Origin: Octopus sinensis
Taxonomy: Eukaryota
Assembly (NCBI RefSeq): GCF_006345805.1
Contig: NC_043000.1
Coordinates: forward strand, 60,512,001-60,576,000
Length of the DNA: 64,000 bases
Reading direction: 5' to 3'
Shown here: positions 1 to 12,958 of the stretch, one piece after another
How the letters are laid out: every line of letters starts with the position of its first letter
How positions within the stretch are numbered: the stretch's first letter is position 1
Notes under the pieces: generated by a model
What the model was told of the DNA's origin: nothing
What the model saw: the letters and a program-made list of their open reading frames with translations, nothing else
Database searches by the model: none
Position numbers and translations under genes: made by a program

Positions 1-1111
1 AATTTTCTAGGGAAATTTTATTCAGTTCTCTTTAAAACAAAAAGTTTGTGCCATTTAACCAAGGGCAGGTTGGTATCAAAGAGTTAAAGATATTTCAACT
101 GTGATCATCCCATATTATTACAACTGCACAGAACTATATAATGTGTTATTTCCTTCTTTGAGCTGGTAAGGTGTAAATTTAGCAAGTGGATCACACCATG
201 TAAAGTCTCACACACTGGTGGCTTGTCTTTCCTTCCCTTAATTTTTTATCACCTTTGCCTCCTCTCTTGCTTTAGTTCCAGTTCCCACTGAAACTGTCTT
301 TGTTGTTCATGCACCTGCTGCGTGTTTCTACCATGAACTTTCTGTGTTTATACATTTTTTTAATATAGTTTTCAAGATGACAGATTCATTTATATAAATG
401 TTTTGGTAAGGTATTCATTAGGTCAACAGTTTCAATGTCACTTGTCATTTGATTGAAAAAAAAACAAAAAAGGGAAAAGAAGAAAAAAAACCCCAACAAC
501 ATCCTCTGCAAGTTTTTATCTAACTATTGTCAAGTGGCATTCAATATTCTGCTATTTCATAGTTCTGGTTGTCATCACCAGTCTTATATTACATCATTGT
601 GGATTTTTTTTTATTATCATTCTTTCATATGTGGGTGTATGTAAAAAAATTGACTACAGGAACTGTATTAGGGAGTGGGGTGAGGGGGATAATACCAAGA
701 GGAATCAAAAGATTAACAGAAAGAGCAACCAAGAGAAATCCTAACAAAAGACTAAGAAAAAGAAGTCTTATAAAAACTGAAAATGTCATAAAAGTAGACC
801 TAAAGTATCTAGTGATGGTCTACACCAACATAAAAACAAAACAACCAAAAAACAAGAAAATAACAGGCTGGCAAGGACATCTCAATGTAGTTTTTCACCC
901 TATTGCAAATAGCTAATTCTCTCTGAAATAACATCTTACACCAGTATTTCCTAAACTATTTTGCCCCTGGCCCCACTATAGCTTTCTCCAAAAATGTATC
1001 CCCTACAAGTAGTTGGGAAAAAACAATTTCATTTTTAATATTTTATCACAATTATTTATTACAAAAAAATATACTGGTAATTCTTTTATTAAGTATTGCG
1101 TTCAAGAAAAA

Positions 1112-1866
1112 AGTACATTATTGACAAGCAAAATAAAAAAGTGAGAAGTTTGTGCTATGGCAGATCTCCTTGATCTGAGGAGACAATTTTGTTAGCTTTA
1201 ACGGTAAATCACCGCATTTTATAATTTCAAGTCTGCTTCTCTTGGTTCAAAGTAAATTGTCAACAGTACTAAAGCTATACTCAACCAAAAAGGCTAAAAA
1301 ATAGAAAAAAAAATTATGGATCTCATGCCCCATGTTGGAAATCACAGCTTTACGCACTTTAAAAAAAAAAAAGCAGGGGACACATTGGATGATGTAGTTC
1401 TAGTAACATTCACTGACTCCAGTAAGGAAAAAAAAAACAAAAAAAAAAAACAATATGGCTATGGAATGATTGTCTTTAAGGTTAACCCTTTAGCAATCAG
1501 ATTAGTCTGGCAAATGTAAATCTTATTTATTCACATTGTTATGAATTAATCATGCATTATGTTGTAGCTTTGAGATTTTGATTATGGGATTTACTTTTAG
1601 TATAAGATTGTATGGTAGGTGTAAGAGACTGTATTTGGCCAGTTTTAACATAAAACAAGTAGAATATTTGGGCTGGATATGGCCTGTTAAACAGTTGACA
1701 ATTTACTTTGAGCCAAGATAAGCAGACTTGAAATTATAAAATGTGGTGATTTACAGTTGAAGCTAACAAAATTGTTTCCTCAGATCAAGGAGATCTGCCA
1801 TAGTCACCAGGCACAAGCTTCTCATTAAAGTGATTCAATTCTTTTTTTTCTTGTCAATAATGTACT
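1112..1866. mobile_element. MITE-like element with approx. 155-bp inverted arms; a piggyBac-like MITE fragment lies inside
   Basis: 1112-1263 is the reverse complement of approx. 1694-1866; internal TTAA|CCCTTTAGC start near 1482. Confidence 0.7.
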
Positions 1867-2788
1867 GGATTATGCTACAGAGTTAAAACAACAGGCACAG
1901 GAGTGGCTGTGTGATAAGTAGCCTGCTTACCAACCACATGGTTCCAGGTTCAGTCCCACTGCGTGGCAACTTGGGCAAGTGTCTTCTACTATAGCCTCGG
2001 GCCAACCAAAGCCTTATGAGTGGATTTGGTAAACGGAAACTGAATGAAGCCCATCGTATATATGTGTAATTCCTTCTTTCTCTCTCTTCTCCCCCTCTTT
2101 GGTGCCTTTGTCCCTCTTTTTGATTCCTTTGCCCCCTTTTTTTCTCTCTCTTCTCTTCTCACGTGACCACCGGTCAACTAGCCTTTCGACTTCTGAACAC
2201 CGCCACGACAACATCAATTATTTCGTCTGCCGTAAGGCATTATTTTCCAAATACGCCAGCTAAGCTAAGTTGAACTGTCTAAAATCGAAAGACGCCTGTT
2301 GTTTTTGTCATATTATTATTATTGTTTTTTGTATTTATATTTGTGTGGCATTGTCTGTTTTTCTGTCCTTGTTTCGTATACATTCGATCCTTTTTCCAAG
2401 AAATCGTAGCTTAGTTTTTCCTTGGGGCTGGCCGGATCGGAGCGATCTCAAGATTAATCAGCTGAAATTGCGAGGATGATCCGGTTCTTGACTGAAGCTT
2501 AGAGGCTTCGAATAACCCGTCCGTTTTTTTGTGTCGTCTATTTGAATGTTTTGCGTTCTTGTCCCATTTTGTATTTTTATATATATTTTTTATACATATA
2601 TGTATGTATGTATATGTGTGTATATATGTTTGTGTGTCTGTGTTTGTTCCCCCAACATCGCTTGACAACTGATGCTGGTGTGTTTACGTCCCAGTAACTT
2701 AGCGGTTCGGCAAAAGAGACTGATAGAATAAGTACTAGGCTTACAAAGAATAAGTCCTGGGGTTGATTTGCTCGACTAAAGGCGGTGC

Positions 2789-3676
2789 GGATCTTTTCAA
2801 TTCTGAAGCCAGTTTTTTCAAATTTTTCCTACTGAACCAAACAATTTGAAACTTCGTATACTGGTAGAATGTGTCAAAAGTAAACTTAATTGTAAACCAG
2901 AATGAAAACGGAATTGTAACTTCTAAGTTTAACGTTGTTTAATAATTAGAATTTTAACCAATGATATTCCGTCATTCGGCTTTATTTTATTTACTCCGTC
3001 TCGACCACCAATTTGGTGACGTATTAAACATCTTAAATGTAAACAAGCCGCATGTCTCCGTGAAATCTCCTTCTAATTATTTAACGTACTCATGTTTCCA
3101 GGATCCTATAGTCAGCCACCTTCTAATAACAATATTTAAAACTAGTTAATAAGCCACATGTATTAAATTGAAAATGTTTCCATTCTGTTAGTACTTGCTT
3201 TCGTTTGCTATTAAGAAGTGGCATCTCAGTGACGAGGCTTCTAACAAGATTTCGTTTCTAATCTAATGCGTTTCATTTCACTTATTGTATTTATTTGTGC
3301 AAAAGGCAAGAAATTTAATATTAAAAAAGCAAAGAGCTGGCAGAAACGTTAGCACGCTGGGCGAAATGCGTAGCCGTATTTCGTCTGCCGTTACGTTCTG
3401 TGTTTGTTTACAGTTTTCCGAACGTTAGTACGTCACAAAAGTGCTTTCTACGTCACACTAATAGAATGCAGTCAAGTTTTACACATGAAAACAAACAATC
3501 TGATTGGTTAAAATTCGCAGTTTTAATCTACGATTAAAGTCATAAAATAGATTTTTCTCAAATAAACTAGTTCCAACCTGTGTCTTGTTTTGCTAGACTC
3601 TATCAGCATACGAAGTTTCAGAATATTTAGTTAAGTAGAAAGATCTGTGGTCCTGGCTTCAGAATTGAAAAGATCC
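2789..3676. mobile_element. GGATC-ended MITE with exact 8-bp TSD, inserted in a SINE
   Basis: 24-bp perfect TIR GGATCTTTTCAATTCTGAAGCCAG; TSD GGCGGTGC at 2781-2788 and 3677-3684. Confidence 0.9.
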
Positions 3677-5384
3677 GGCGGTGCTCCAGCATGGCCACAG
3701 TCAAATGACTGAAACAAATAAAAGATTAAAAAAAGAGTAACAGTTAATAAAATCACCAGAATTAAAAAACCATGTACAGAATGTCAGAATTCTCATCTCC
3801 TCACAAAACAATCTTGTTTAAAGCTTAGAAATTTTATTTATTGAAAGAAAGTAGTAACTGTCAGTTACATAAAATTATTTGCTGAATTCTTTGAGAAATT
3901 ATTTCTAATTCTGTTCTAAATTAGTTTTAGAGTTATATAAACCATAAAGAGAATAACTGTTATTTTCTTTTATAAATTTCAATTCCTGTAACATAAACAA
4001 GAACCAGTATATTTGATATTCTGTTTCTAATGGTTAATCAGTTAAGAGATTGCATTGAAAAGACCAGATAAAGTTTCAATATCTGAATGAGAGAGAGAGA
4101 GAGAGAGCAAGAGAGAGAGAGAGAGAGAGAGGGGGGGAGAGAGAGAGAGAGTAATTGTTTTTGTAATCATTGTCATCATTTTAGATTTGTTTTGTTTCTA
4201 CATTGGTAAGGGTTAAAGAGATATCAAAGTATCTTGCCATCTGTCATGATTCTACATCATTTGGCACACACCTGCAACAAAATGTGCCAAATTCTGTTGT
4301 GTACATCATATATCTGGATGGCCTTCCTATCATCAATCATTTTCTGGCATGGACTAAGTACATTATATCATGCCACCAATATCAAGCAGAATAAGAACTG
4401 GATTCTAATTTTTTTTTTTTTTTGACAGAAAAGTTTTGTTCAGACCCCCCATCCCCCACTGTGATATAGACATTCCACCTGCAGCTACCTTGTAATTCTT
4501 TTCCAAAACGTGTACAAACTAAAAGGCGGGGGGGAAGAAAACATTCTCCCAAACTTGAACAAAGCAAGAAGAATAATATCAAGTAGAGAAAGCAAAAATA
4601 TTAACTAACAATGACGGCAAATTAATTGTCAGATAAAAGCAGTATAAAAAATGTGTGTGTGTGTCTGTGTGTGTACAATACACATAAATAGAATTACTGC
4701 TTGACAATACAGCTACATCATTATATACTAGTGGATACGGGGTACCCATGATGAAAAAGAAAACAATTTTTATAGAGGCTAAAAGGCAAGTTACCTGCTA
4801 TGCCTGAATTTCACTGAAACACTGAAAGGTTGTCTAGGGATGGGCAGAGAGAGAAATAAATGTCTACTTATAACAGACACACACAAACATGACTGAATAT
4901 ACACATTATCATAACTATAAGTCTACATAAAAAAGAAAAGCTACAATGCTTGAAAAGTAACCCTTTCCCCAAATTTGAGTAGTATTTATTTTGCAAGATC
5001 ACTATCCAAACTGTGAAAAATGATTCCAAGTTTTGCAAAACTCACAAACTCTTCTGCTTGTCCTTGTCAAAAGGAACTCCATTAAGTTTTCAGTATCTTT
5101 CTTTTCTTCACTTCTCAATTGCAATGGTTCTGTGAACAGCACTTCTATAGAAAAAGCCTCCATTTTCACTGCTTGTTTGCATGCAACTTTACACCACATA
5201 CATTTGGTAAATCTCTAAATCTATCACTTTCTAACCCATTAGACACCTTGCATACATACACACCAAGTGTGAAAGTACCTTTGTGCACATGTATGTGTGC
5301 ATTTCTTCACGTTTCCACAGTAGCCTAAATAAAGTCTATGAAGTGTAATTAGTTCAATACTTACCACCGACAAAGAGAAAATTC

Positions 5385-5900
5385 TTGAAAGATGGGTGGA
5401 AGATTTTAACAGCATACTCATATAACCCTTTTACTGTCAATGATGAAGCCATCAACCAGTTTGCTCAGGTTTTAATTGATGGGAAACTGGATACCACTCC
5501 AGCTTTGGTGAAGCTGCAAAATGCAACATGTTTGCTATCCTGTAACAAAGCACCAGGTTCAGACTCATTCCCTGCTGAAATCTACCAAGAATGTAGATTA
5601 GCTTTAACTGAGAAACTTCATGACCTGTGCCAACTTATTTGGTAGCATGAAATTGTTCCTCAGGACTTCAAAGAAGCATTCATCAGCCTCCTTTACAAGT
5701 GAAAAAAAAAAAAGGTAACTGTCAGGTCTCACAGGTAAGATTCTGGCCAATGTGCTGCTCAGTCACCTTATGGCACACCTTGAGGGGTCTCCCACCAGCA
5801 AGTCAATGTAGCTTCCAGAAAAATGCAAGACCAATGATATGGTGTTTGCTGTTAAAGACAACTTCAAGAAGAATGTCAGGAAAAAAATGCCAACTTGTAC
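5385..5900 (+). mobile_element. Decayed RTE LINE RT N-terminal fragment (different subfamily)
   Basis: KAPGSDSFPAEIY...LTEKLHDLCQLIW*HEIVPQDFKEAFISLLYK..KGN, typical of RTE RT domains 0-1; stops and frameshifts. Confidence 0.8.
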
Positions 5901-7873
5901 ACCAACTATGGATATGTTCATCCTTTCCACTGATGAAAGAGTTGCTCCTTTTCAAAATATAGTCACATTTTAGGCTAAATTTTACCCATCAACTCATTGA
6001 TAACTACTGAAAGAATAAAAAAAAAACTCTAGAAGATTTCCAGGTTCTGGGTTCAGAAACAATGAACTTCTTATAATTGTTGCCACCTCGACTCCATTGG
6101 TCATGAATGACCATGGGTGTACCTAAGTGGTTCCCCTCCAGGGTACAACTTTGGGCAGAAAGTCACCTCACTGCCGAATGCACAACCTAAGGTTGTTTTC
6201 ATGGAAGACTAGCAGTTGCCCATGCATGCCAACCTCCCCTCTCCATACCACCGATGTTATCCAAGGAAAAGGCAAAGGCCGATACAGCTTGGCACCAGTG
6301 ATGTCACTCATTTCTACAGCTGAGTGAACTGGAGCAACGTGAAATAAAGAGTCTTTCTTAAGAACACAACACAGCCTGGTCCGGGAATCAAACTCACAAC
6401 CTCACGATCGTAAGCTCGACGCTCTAACCACTGAGCCATGTCACCACCAGTTCCATATTAGATCATCAAGCAATTAGTGAACAACTTCCTCAATAAAGTC
6501 AACTGGTGATAGCATCAGGCAAGTTTCGTTCTTATTGGAACTCCTTAGCGAACCATAATTCCAATCAATTGGCGAAATTAAAGGTGATCAATATAAATAC
6601 TAAATAGAGGACCTACGTACGACAGAAAGACTTGTTTGAGATTAGCACAAATATATCATAAGTTGAGCAGGGTTTAAAAAAAATTTTATTCGTAACAGAT
6701 GAGAACAATACTAAGGAATGTAGTTTCAATGTGAAAATAACCTAGCTTCTAACAAAAAAAACAAAAAGAAAGAAAAAACTACGATTCAATTCTTAATCAC
6801 AAACTGCAACAGTTAGTCGCCACTGGGGAGAGCTGAAACCTTTTTTTACTATTTCTTTCTTTCCTACCCAGAAAGATCGTGGTTTACGATACAGAAGCAG
6901 AAATGGTGGTTGTGGCCAGACAGAACGGCGTCACCAGTATATAAACAGGAGTTAAAGCAACGTTCACTCGCACAGAAAAAAAAAATGGCCACGGAATACT
7001 GCTATTAACTTTTCTACACGAGAGAGAAAGCGACTTAGTGTGTGTGTCTGTGGAGTGGTGATACTGCAACGGTCGACTGATGTAGAGACTTTTGTGATTA
7101 ATCAACCAAAAACAAGAAATGGATAACTAAATGTTACATTAATAGAAAAATAAACACAACTTTTTTTTTTCTTTTGCTTTGTTCGTTTATATACTAAAAT
7201 AGTTGATTCCAGTTTAGATTTTACATAGAACTACTTTAATAATCTTATTTCGCATATAGGTTTTTATTTATTTATTTATCGGTTTCTTTAGTACCATTAT
7301 ATCATTTTCCCTTCCATAAGGAATGTCTGTGTTCAAGACAGATATGTTCTACTTTATGACCTGATAACCAAAGTGTCCATTTGGTTTGTGAAGACAAGTT
7401 ATAAAACTTTCAAAGTTTATTTTCCTTGGCTTTTTTTTTTACACAACTTACGGGAAAATTACTGCTTTAAAGATGTAGCTGGCTATTTTTATTTTTAAAG
7501 CTGTAATATATTTTTTTTATATATCAAGCAAAATGAGAGGTAGTGGTGAGGGGACACTGATCTTTCATGTTAGTCGAGATAATCGATACTTATTGTTCGC
7601 AATGTCTTAGTACTATGGTCAGAAATTCCATCCTTATTTTTTTTTTCATCATCAAGGAAAACGTAGATAACGATGAGATTAAGCGATGGTGTGAGTTCAT
7701 GAAGGAAATAAGAAGAAGAAAAAAGGTGAAAATCTGCAAATTAAGACACAATGTGAAGAGAAAAGTGAGTTCTGGAGTTTCGGTCAGAGCCCACCTTGAA
7801 ATTTGGGCAATTATTCGTTTGAACGGGGATAATTTAAACTCGTCCCTAACTTTTTTCCCGATATATATACATA

Positions 7874-9018
7874 GGATCTTTTCGGTTTGAACAGCAGTTT
7901 TTAACATAATTTCTAGGTAACTAAAAAAATTTTAAACTTCGTATACTGGTAGAATGTGTTTATGAAACATCCTTTTCTCTTGGCTTTATTGAAAAAAATT
8001 CTATGGTTTGTAAGATATTTGTTGTTTTTTTTCTACAATTTCAACCAATCAGTGACGTGTATTGAGGTAAAAAAAAAAACATTCTGTGCCGTATGAATAT
8101 GTCCCTCGTTTAAGAAACAGATTGGGGATCTTTTCCTTTTGAACGGCAGTTTCCAACACAATTTCTAGTTAACTAAACACTTTTAAACTTCGTATACTGG
8201 TAGAATGTGTCAAAATAAAACATTTTTTTTCTCTTGGCTTTCTTGAGAAAATTGTAATTTGTAAGTTTAACGTAGTTTAATTTTTCGAATTTTAACCAAT
8301 CAACGGCCTCTACTGAGCTAAAATCATTTGCTGCGTCTAAAACTGAGACAACATCCTGTCACTAACTCTAACCCTAAATTTTAGCCTTTCGGGTTTTTTT
8401 CTTAATTGTTAAATTAATTTAATTGTTACGCATGTGTCTAGAATTATTCGTTTTGTTTTTGTTTTGAGATACACGTGTATTGTTTAAACTATTTTCCATT
8501 GCTTAAGAAAAACAAATCGAAAGCAATGGAAAATAATTTAAACAATTAACAAACAAAATAATTCTATAATTTTATACACACGCTTTCCGTACGTAAACAT
8601 TCCATACGTAAACATAACATTGACAGGATGTTGTCTCAGTTTTAGACGCAGCAAATGATTTTAGCTCAGTAGAGGCCATTGATTGGCTAAAATTTGAAAA
8701 ATTAAACTACGTTAAACTTACAAATTACAATTTTCTCAAGAAAGCCAAGAGAAAAAAATGTTTTATTTTTACACATTCTACCAGTATACGAAGTTTAAAA
8801 GTGTTTAGTTAACTAGAAATTGTGTTGAAAACTGCAATTCAAAAGGAAAAGATCCCAGATTGAGTTTATTTACATTTCTGAAGAAAAAAAGATACCCTTC
8901 CCCCCACCCCTAACCCTAAAACAGATTGAAATGCAATAGATCGATACTTGGGTCATAATTATGGGTGACAAGTTCATGACACCGCTAGAAAAAACTGCCG
9001 CTCAAACCGAAAAGGTCC
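7874..9018. mobile_element. GGATC-ended MITE (outer element) carrying a nested relative
   Basis: TIR GGATCTTTTCGGTTTGAAC.GCAGTTTTT and inverse; flanks TATACATA/TATATATA. Confidence 0.85.
8126..8855. mobile_element. Nested GGATC-ended MITE with approx. 235-bp TIRs
   Basis: Arms approx. 8126-8360 and 8620-8855 are near-perfect inverses; TSD CAGATTGG/CAGATTGA (8118-8125, 8856-8863). Confidence 0.88.
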
Positions 9019-10388
9019 TATATATATAACATATATATAATACATAATCTCTATATATAATATATATATAATTCTTTTTTAAACAGCATAAAAATAAGAA
9101 ACCTTCAAACCAATGTTTTATTTCAATATATTAATTACAGTAAATACTCTGTAATAGTGGTGTTAGTTTTGCAGTAATGAATGTGTGTGTGTGTGTGCCT
9201 GTCTGTTTGACAAAAGAGACCGATAAAATAAGTACCAAGTTTTAAGAATATAAGTAATAGGGTCGATTTGTTCGACTAAACCCTTCAAGTTGATGGTTCA
9301 GCTCGGCCATGGTCTAATGACTGAAACAAGTTAAAAGAACAACCATACGTGTATTTTTCTTTCAGATGGTGTAGATTATGATTATATAGGAATTTGTAAA
9401 AAAAAACTTTTGGAAGGCGAAGGGAAGACATCTTGGATAAATCTCATACCTCAACTTTCTGTTCTCATAACTTTCAGAAAAATGGGTGCTTTTTGATGAA
9501 ATTTTGTGGAAAATTTCATTAAAAAATATCCATTTTTCTAAAAGTAATGAGGTATGGTTGGTATGTCTATTTTGAATGAATCCAGCACAAAAAAAAAAAA
9601 ATGAACATATTTATTTGACCTCAATATATTATTGGTACTTATTTCATTGTTTCAAAATAGATGAAAATTGGTGAAAACGATTAACAGAAGAAAATAATTG
9701 CTTTATAAAATAGAAAGAGAATCTGAATTTTGTGAAACATAGCTATGTGGTAACAAGTTTGCTTCCCGACCACATTGTTTCGGGTTTGGTACCCGTGCCG
9801 GTGGCACGTAAAAAGCACCATCCGATCATGGCCGTTTGCCAGCCTTGTCTGGCACCTGTGCCAGTGGCACATAAAAAGCACCCACTACACTCTTGGAGTG
9901 GTTGGCGTTAGGAAGGGCATCCAGCTGTTGAAACACTGCCAGATCAGACTGGGCCTGGTGCAGCCTTCTGGCTTCCCAGACCCCAGTTGAACCATCCAAT
10001 CCATGCTAGCATGGAAAACAGACGTTAAACGATGATGATGATGATGAAGTATGGTCCTTTGGCAAATACCTTCTACCATAGCCTTGGGCTGGCCAAACCT
10101 TTGTGAATGGATTTGGTAAACAGAAACTGAAAGAAGCTTGTCACACACACACACAACAAAATAGGAGACTGGAGAATTTATTGGCAGTATTTATTCACCA
10201 TCACATGTTTCATTTGCTCATAGGAATTGCAGTTTTACATGTTAGATAGACAGTTAAGTATATATATATATATATATATATAAGTTAATCCAAACAAGAA
10301 AACACAAAAAAACAAAAAACACAACAACGCGAGGACGTGGAACAAATAAAGTATTATTGGACGCTCAGGAAAGAAGGGAAGAAGGAGG

Positions 10389-10423
10389 GTTTAACGTTTC
10401 AAGCGGAGCTCTTCGTCGGAAAC
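10389..10423 (-). ncRNA. Minimal hammerhead-like motif (U4C variant) inside a 210-bp repeat flanked by (TA)n
   Basis: Minus strand GUUU-CCGACGA-A-GAGC-UCC-GCUU-GAAA-CGU-U-AAAC; palindromic ACGU stem III; host repeat approx. 10283-10493. Confidence 0.55.
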
Positions 10424-11468
10424 ATAGGAGAAGGAAAGATCCCGAGAAGGGAAGACAGAGGAAAAAAATCGCCAGCGGTACTCACGAGGTCACATATATA
10501 TATATATATATAATATATATGGGGGGGGGGTCTTTGTGTTTGTTCTCTACCACTGACTGATAAACAGTGCTTGTTTGTTTACATCCCCATGATTTAGCAT
10601 GGTAAAACGAAGATGATACAATAAGTACCAGGCTTAAAAGAAATCAAGGACTGGGGTTGATTTGTTCAATTAGACCCTTCAAGATGGTGCCCCAGCATGG
10701 TCACAATCTAATGACTGAAACAAGACACCAGTCATTGTGTTACACTTTTACAAAAATCTAACTGGAACAAAATCGAGATATTCTTTAAACATGATGAAAT
10801 ATGTTCTAGTGTTATGCTTACAACCTTCACTGTGAAATGAAATCAAACAGGTTGAATATTTGGGCTGGATATGGCCAGTTTAAATGTTAAAGGGTTAAAG
10901 AAGGGGGCAGCCATGTTGGCTACTGCAAAGTCTACTTCTTAGGCTGGTATGAGTTGGGCAGGTTGTCAGTCTGAGTCAGTTCTTATTTGAAGCTAGTACT
11001 ACCCTCCTATGCAGGCAGACAAGGACAACATTTTTCTCATACATTTCAGTTCAGCTTTGTTTCTGCAGCTGAATGCCTTTCCTCTAATCAACCACTTTAC
11101 AGAGTTTATATACATACATATATATATATGCATATAGTTGTATATATGTGAACTTGAGACTAAGGGGTAGTCGAAGAACTGTTTTCAGTACCTGAAAATG
11201 ATAGAGCTCAATTTGAAAAATTTTGTGGTATCAATCTCATGCAATGAAGTTTTAAAAGAATAAAGTTACGAGTGTTTGTTTCTCAAAGTTGAGGGTGATA
11301 ATATAGTTCTATACCTTTTTAAGGGGACTTTTAATATATGTCACCGGCATCATTGAATTAAGGAGAAAATTATCAACAACACTGCTAATTGACACATTAT
11401 TAATTAGCATAATAACATAGCCTGAAAAAAACATGGATTACATGGAAAAATGTGAGCAAAAGAAATAT

Positions 11469-12240
11469 TCTTAAGATTATAAACCTGGAAAAGTTCAGGA
11501 CAAGTTATTACATCTGGTAAAGTTGAGAACAAGAAAATTTTTACTTGAAATATTGCAGCTAAGGATAAATTTTGAATATTAAAAATTATTTGATTTTGAT
11601 TTATAAAGTAACATTATAATTAAAAAAGATACCATCATTTTGTTAAAATATTGACACACTAGAATACTTAAAAAATGAGAGTCAGAAGTACCAATATAGC
11701 TAAAGTTTTATGTAAAGTAGAATAGTATATATGGTAGGTAAATTCATTATGTAAAAAATAGGCACTTGGTCAAGACTAAAAATGTGAAGACTTGGCAATA
11801 ACTCAAGCAAATTTTACTGTGAATTTGTTGTTATAGGCAGATTTTAATATATAACTAATTTTTGTATTATTCTATTTATTGTACTAACTAATTGTGTACT
11901 ACTATTATTTTTATAACCTATTTTCAAATTTCTAATTATTAATTAATAATTTTAAAAAATGAATAATTTTAAGGTGCAAAAAATATTTTGAGTTATTTTT
12001 TATTTTGAATAAAGTAACAAGTAATAACAAATAGAAGTAATAACTTGTAATAAATTTTTTAGTTTTAATAAAAGCTAATATTTTCTAAATCTAAATATTT
12101 TATTTGAAATGTTATCCTTAGCTTAAAATATTTTAAGTAAAATTTTTCTTTTCTCTGCTTTACTAGAAGTAATGATTTGTCCTGAACTTTTCCAAGTGTA
12201 AGAACTTGTCCTGTACTTTTCCACGTTTATAACCCTAAGA
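11469..12240. mobile_element. AT-rich MITE-like element with approx. 110-bp imperfect TIRs
   Basis: TCTTAAGATTATAAACCTGGAAAAGTTCAGGACAAGTT at 11469 versus its inverse at 12203-12240 (4 mismatches in 38). Confidence 0.7.
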
Positions 12241-12519
12241 ATATTATTTCTCTTGCTCACATTTTTCTATGTAATATATCTGTGTGTGAGTATGTGTCTG
12301 TATTTGTACACTCCCCATCACAGCTTGACAACTGGTGTTGGTGTGTTTGTATTCCTGTAACTTAGCAGTTCGACAAAAGAAACTGACAGAATAAGTACTA
12401 GACTTAGAATAAGTCCTGGGGTCGATTTGTTCAACAAAATCCTTCAAGGCAGTGCTCCAGCATGGCTACAGTCAAATGACTAAAACAAATAAAAGTGTGT
12501 GTATACATATATATATATA

Positions 12520-12900
12520 TATCATCATCATTTAGCGTCCGCTTTCCATGCTAGCATGGGTTGGATGGTTCAACTGGGGTCTGGCAAGCCAGAAGGCTGC
12601 ACCAGGCCCAGTCTGATCTGGCAGTGTTTCTACGGCTGGATGCCCTTCCTAACGCCAACCACTCCGTGAGTGTAGTGAGTGCTTTTTATGTGCCACCCGC
12701 ACAGGTGCCAGGCGAGGCTGGCAACGGCCACGATCGGATGGTGCTTTTTACGTGCCACCAGCACGGAGACCAGTCGGGGCGGTGCTAGCAACGGCCACGA
12801 TTGGATGGTTCGCTTACTTGTCACCGGCACTGGTATCACAGCTGCAATTTCCATTCATGTTGATCGACTTCGATTTTGGTTCTGCTTTCTGATATCTGAT
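12520..12900 (-). mobile_element. RTE 3'-tail-only copy (representative; others approx. 9796-10050 +, 24100-24350 +, 45770-45920 +, 50900-51110 +, 56150-56420 -)
   Basis: Shared GTGGCACGTAAAAAGCACC / GTTGGCGTTAGGAAGGGCATCCAGC / CATGCTAGCATGGAAA..GGACG.TAAA.(GAT)n sequence with 30400-30728. Confidence 0.85.
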
Positions 12901-12923
12901 TTGATTTGATTTGATTTTGATTT

Positions 12924-12956
<33 letters not shown>

Positions 12957-12958
<2 letters not shown>

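Noticed and set aside
248-340. Possible minus-strand exon KVHGRNTQQVHEQQRQFQWELELKQERRQ
   Set aside because: Weak splice sites and no identifiable protein or partner exons.
569-916. 115-aa lysine-rich ORF
   Set aside because: Low-complexity A-rich sequence; no recognisable homology.
5925-5965. CTGATGA with a short hairpin
   Set aside because: No GAAA core and no stem I; similar isolated CTGATGA hits near 25900, 38002 and 47060 were also rejected.
8895-8925. CCCTAA telomere-like units
   Set aside because: Only two units and part of the MITE consensus (also near 17050).
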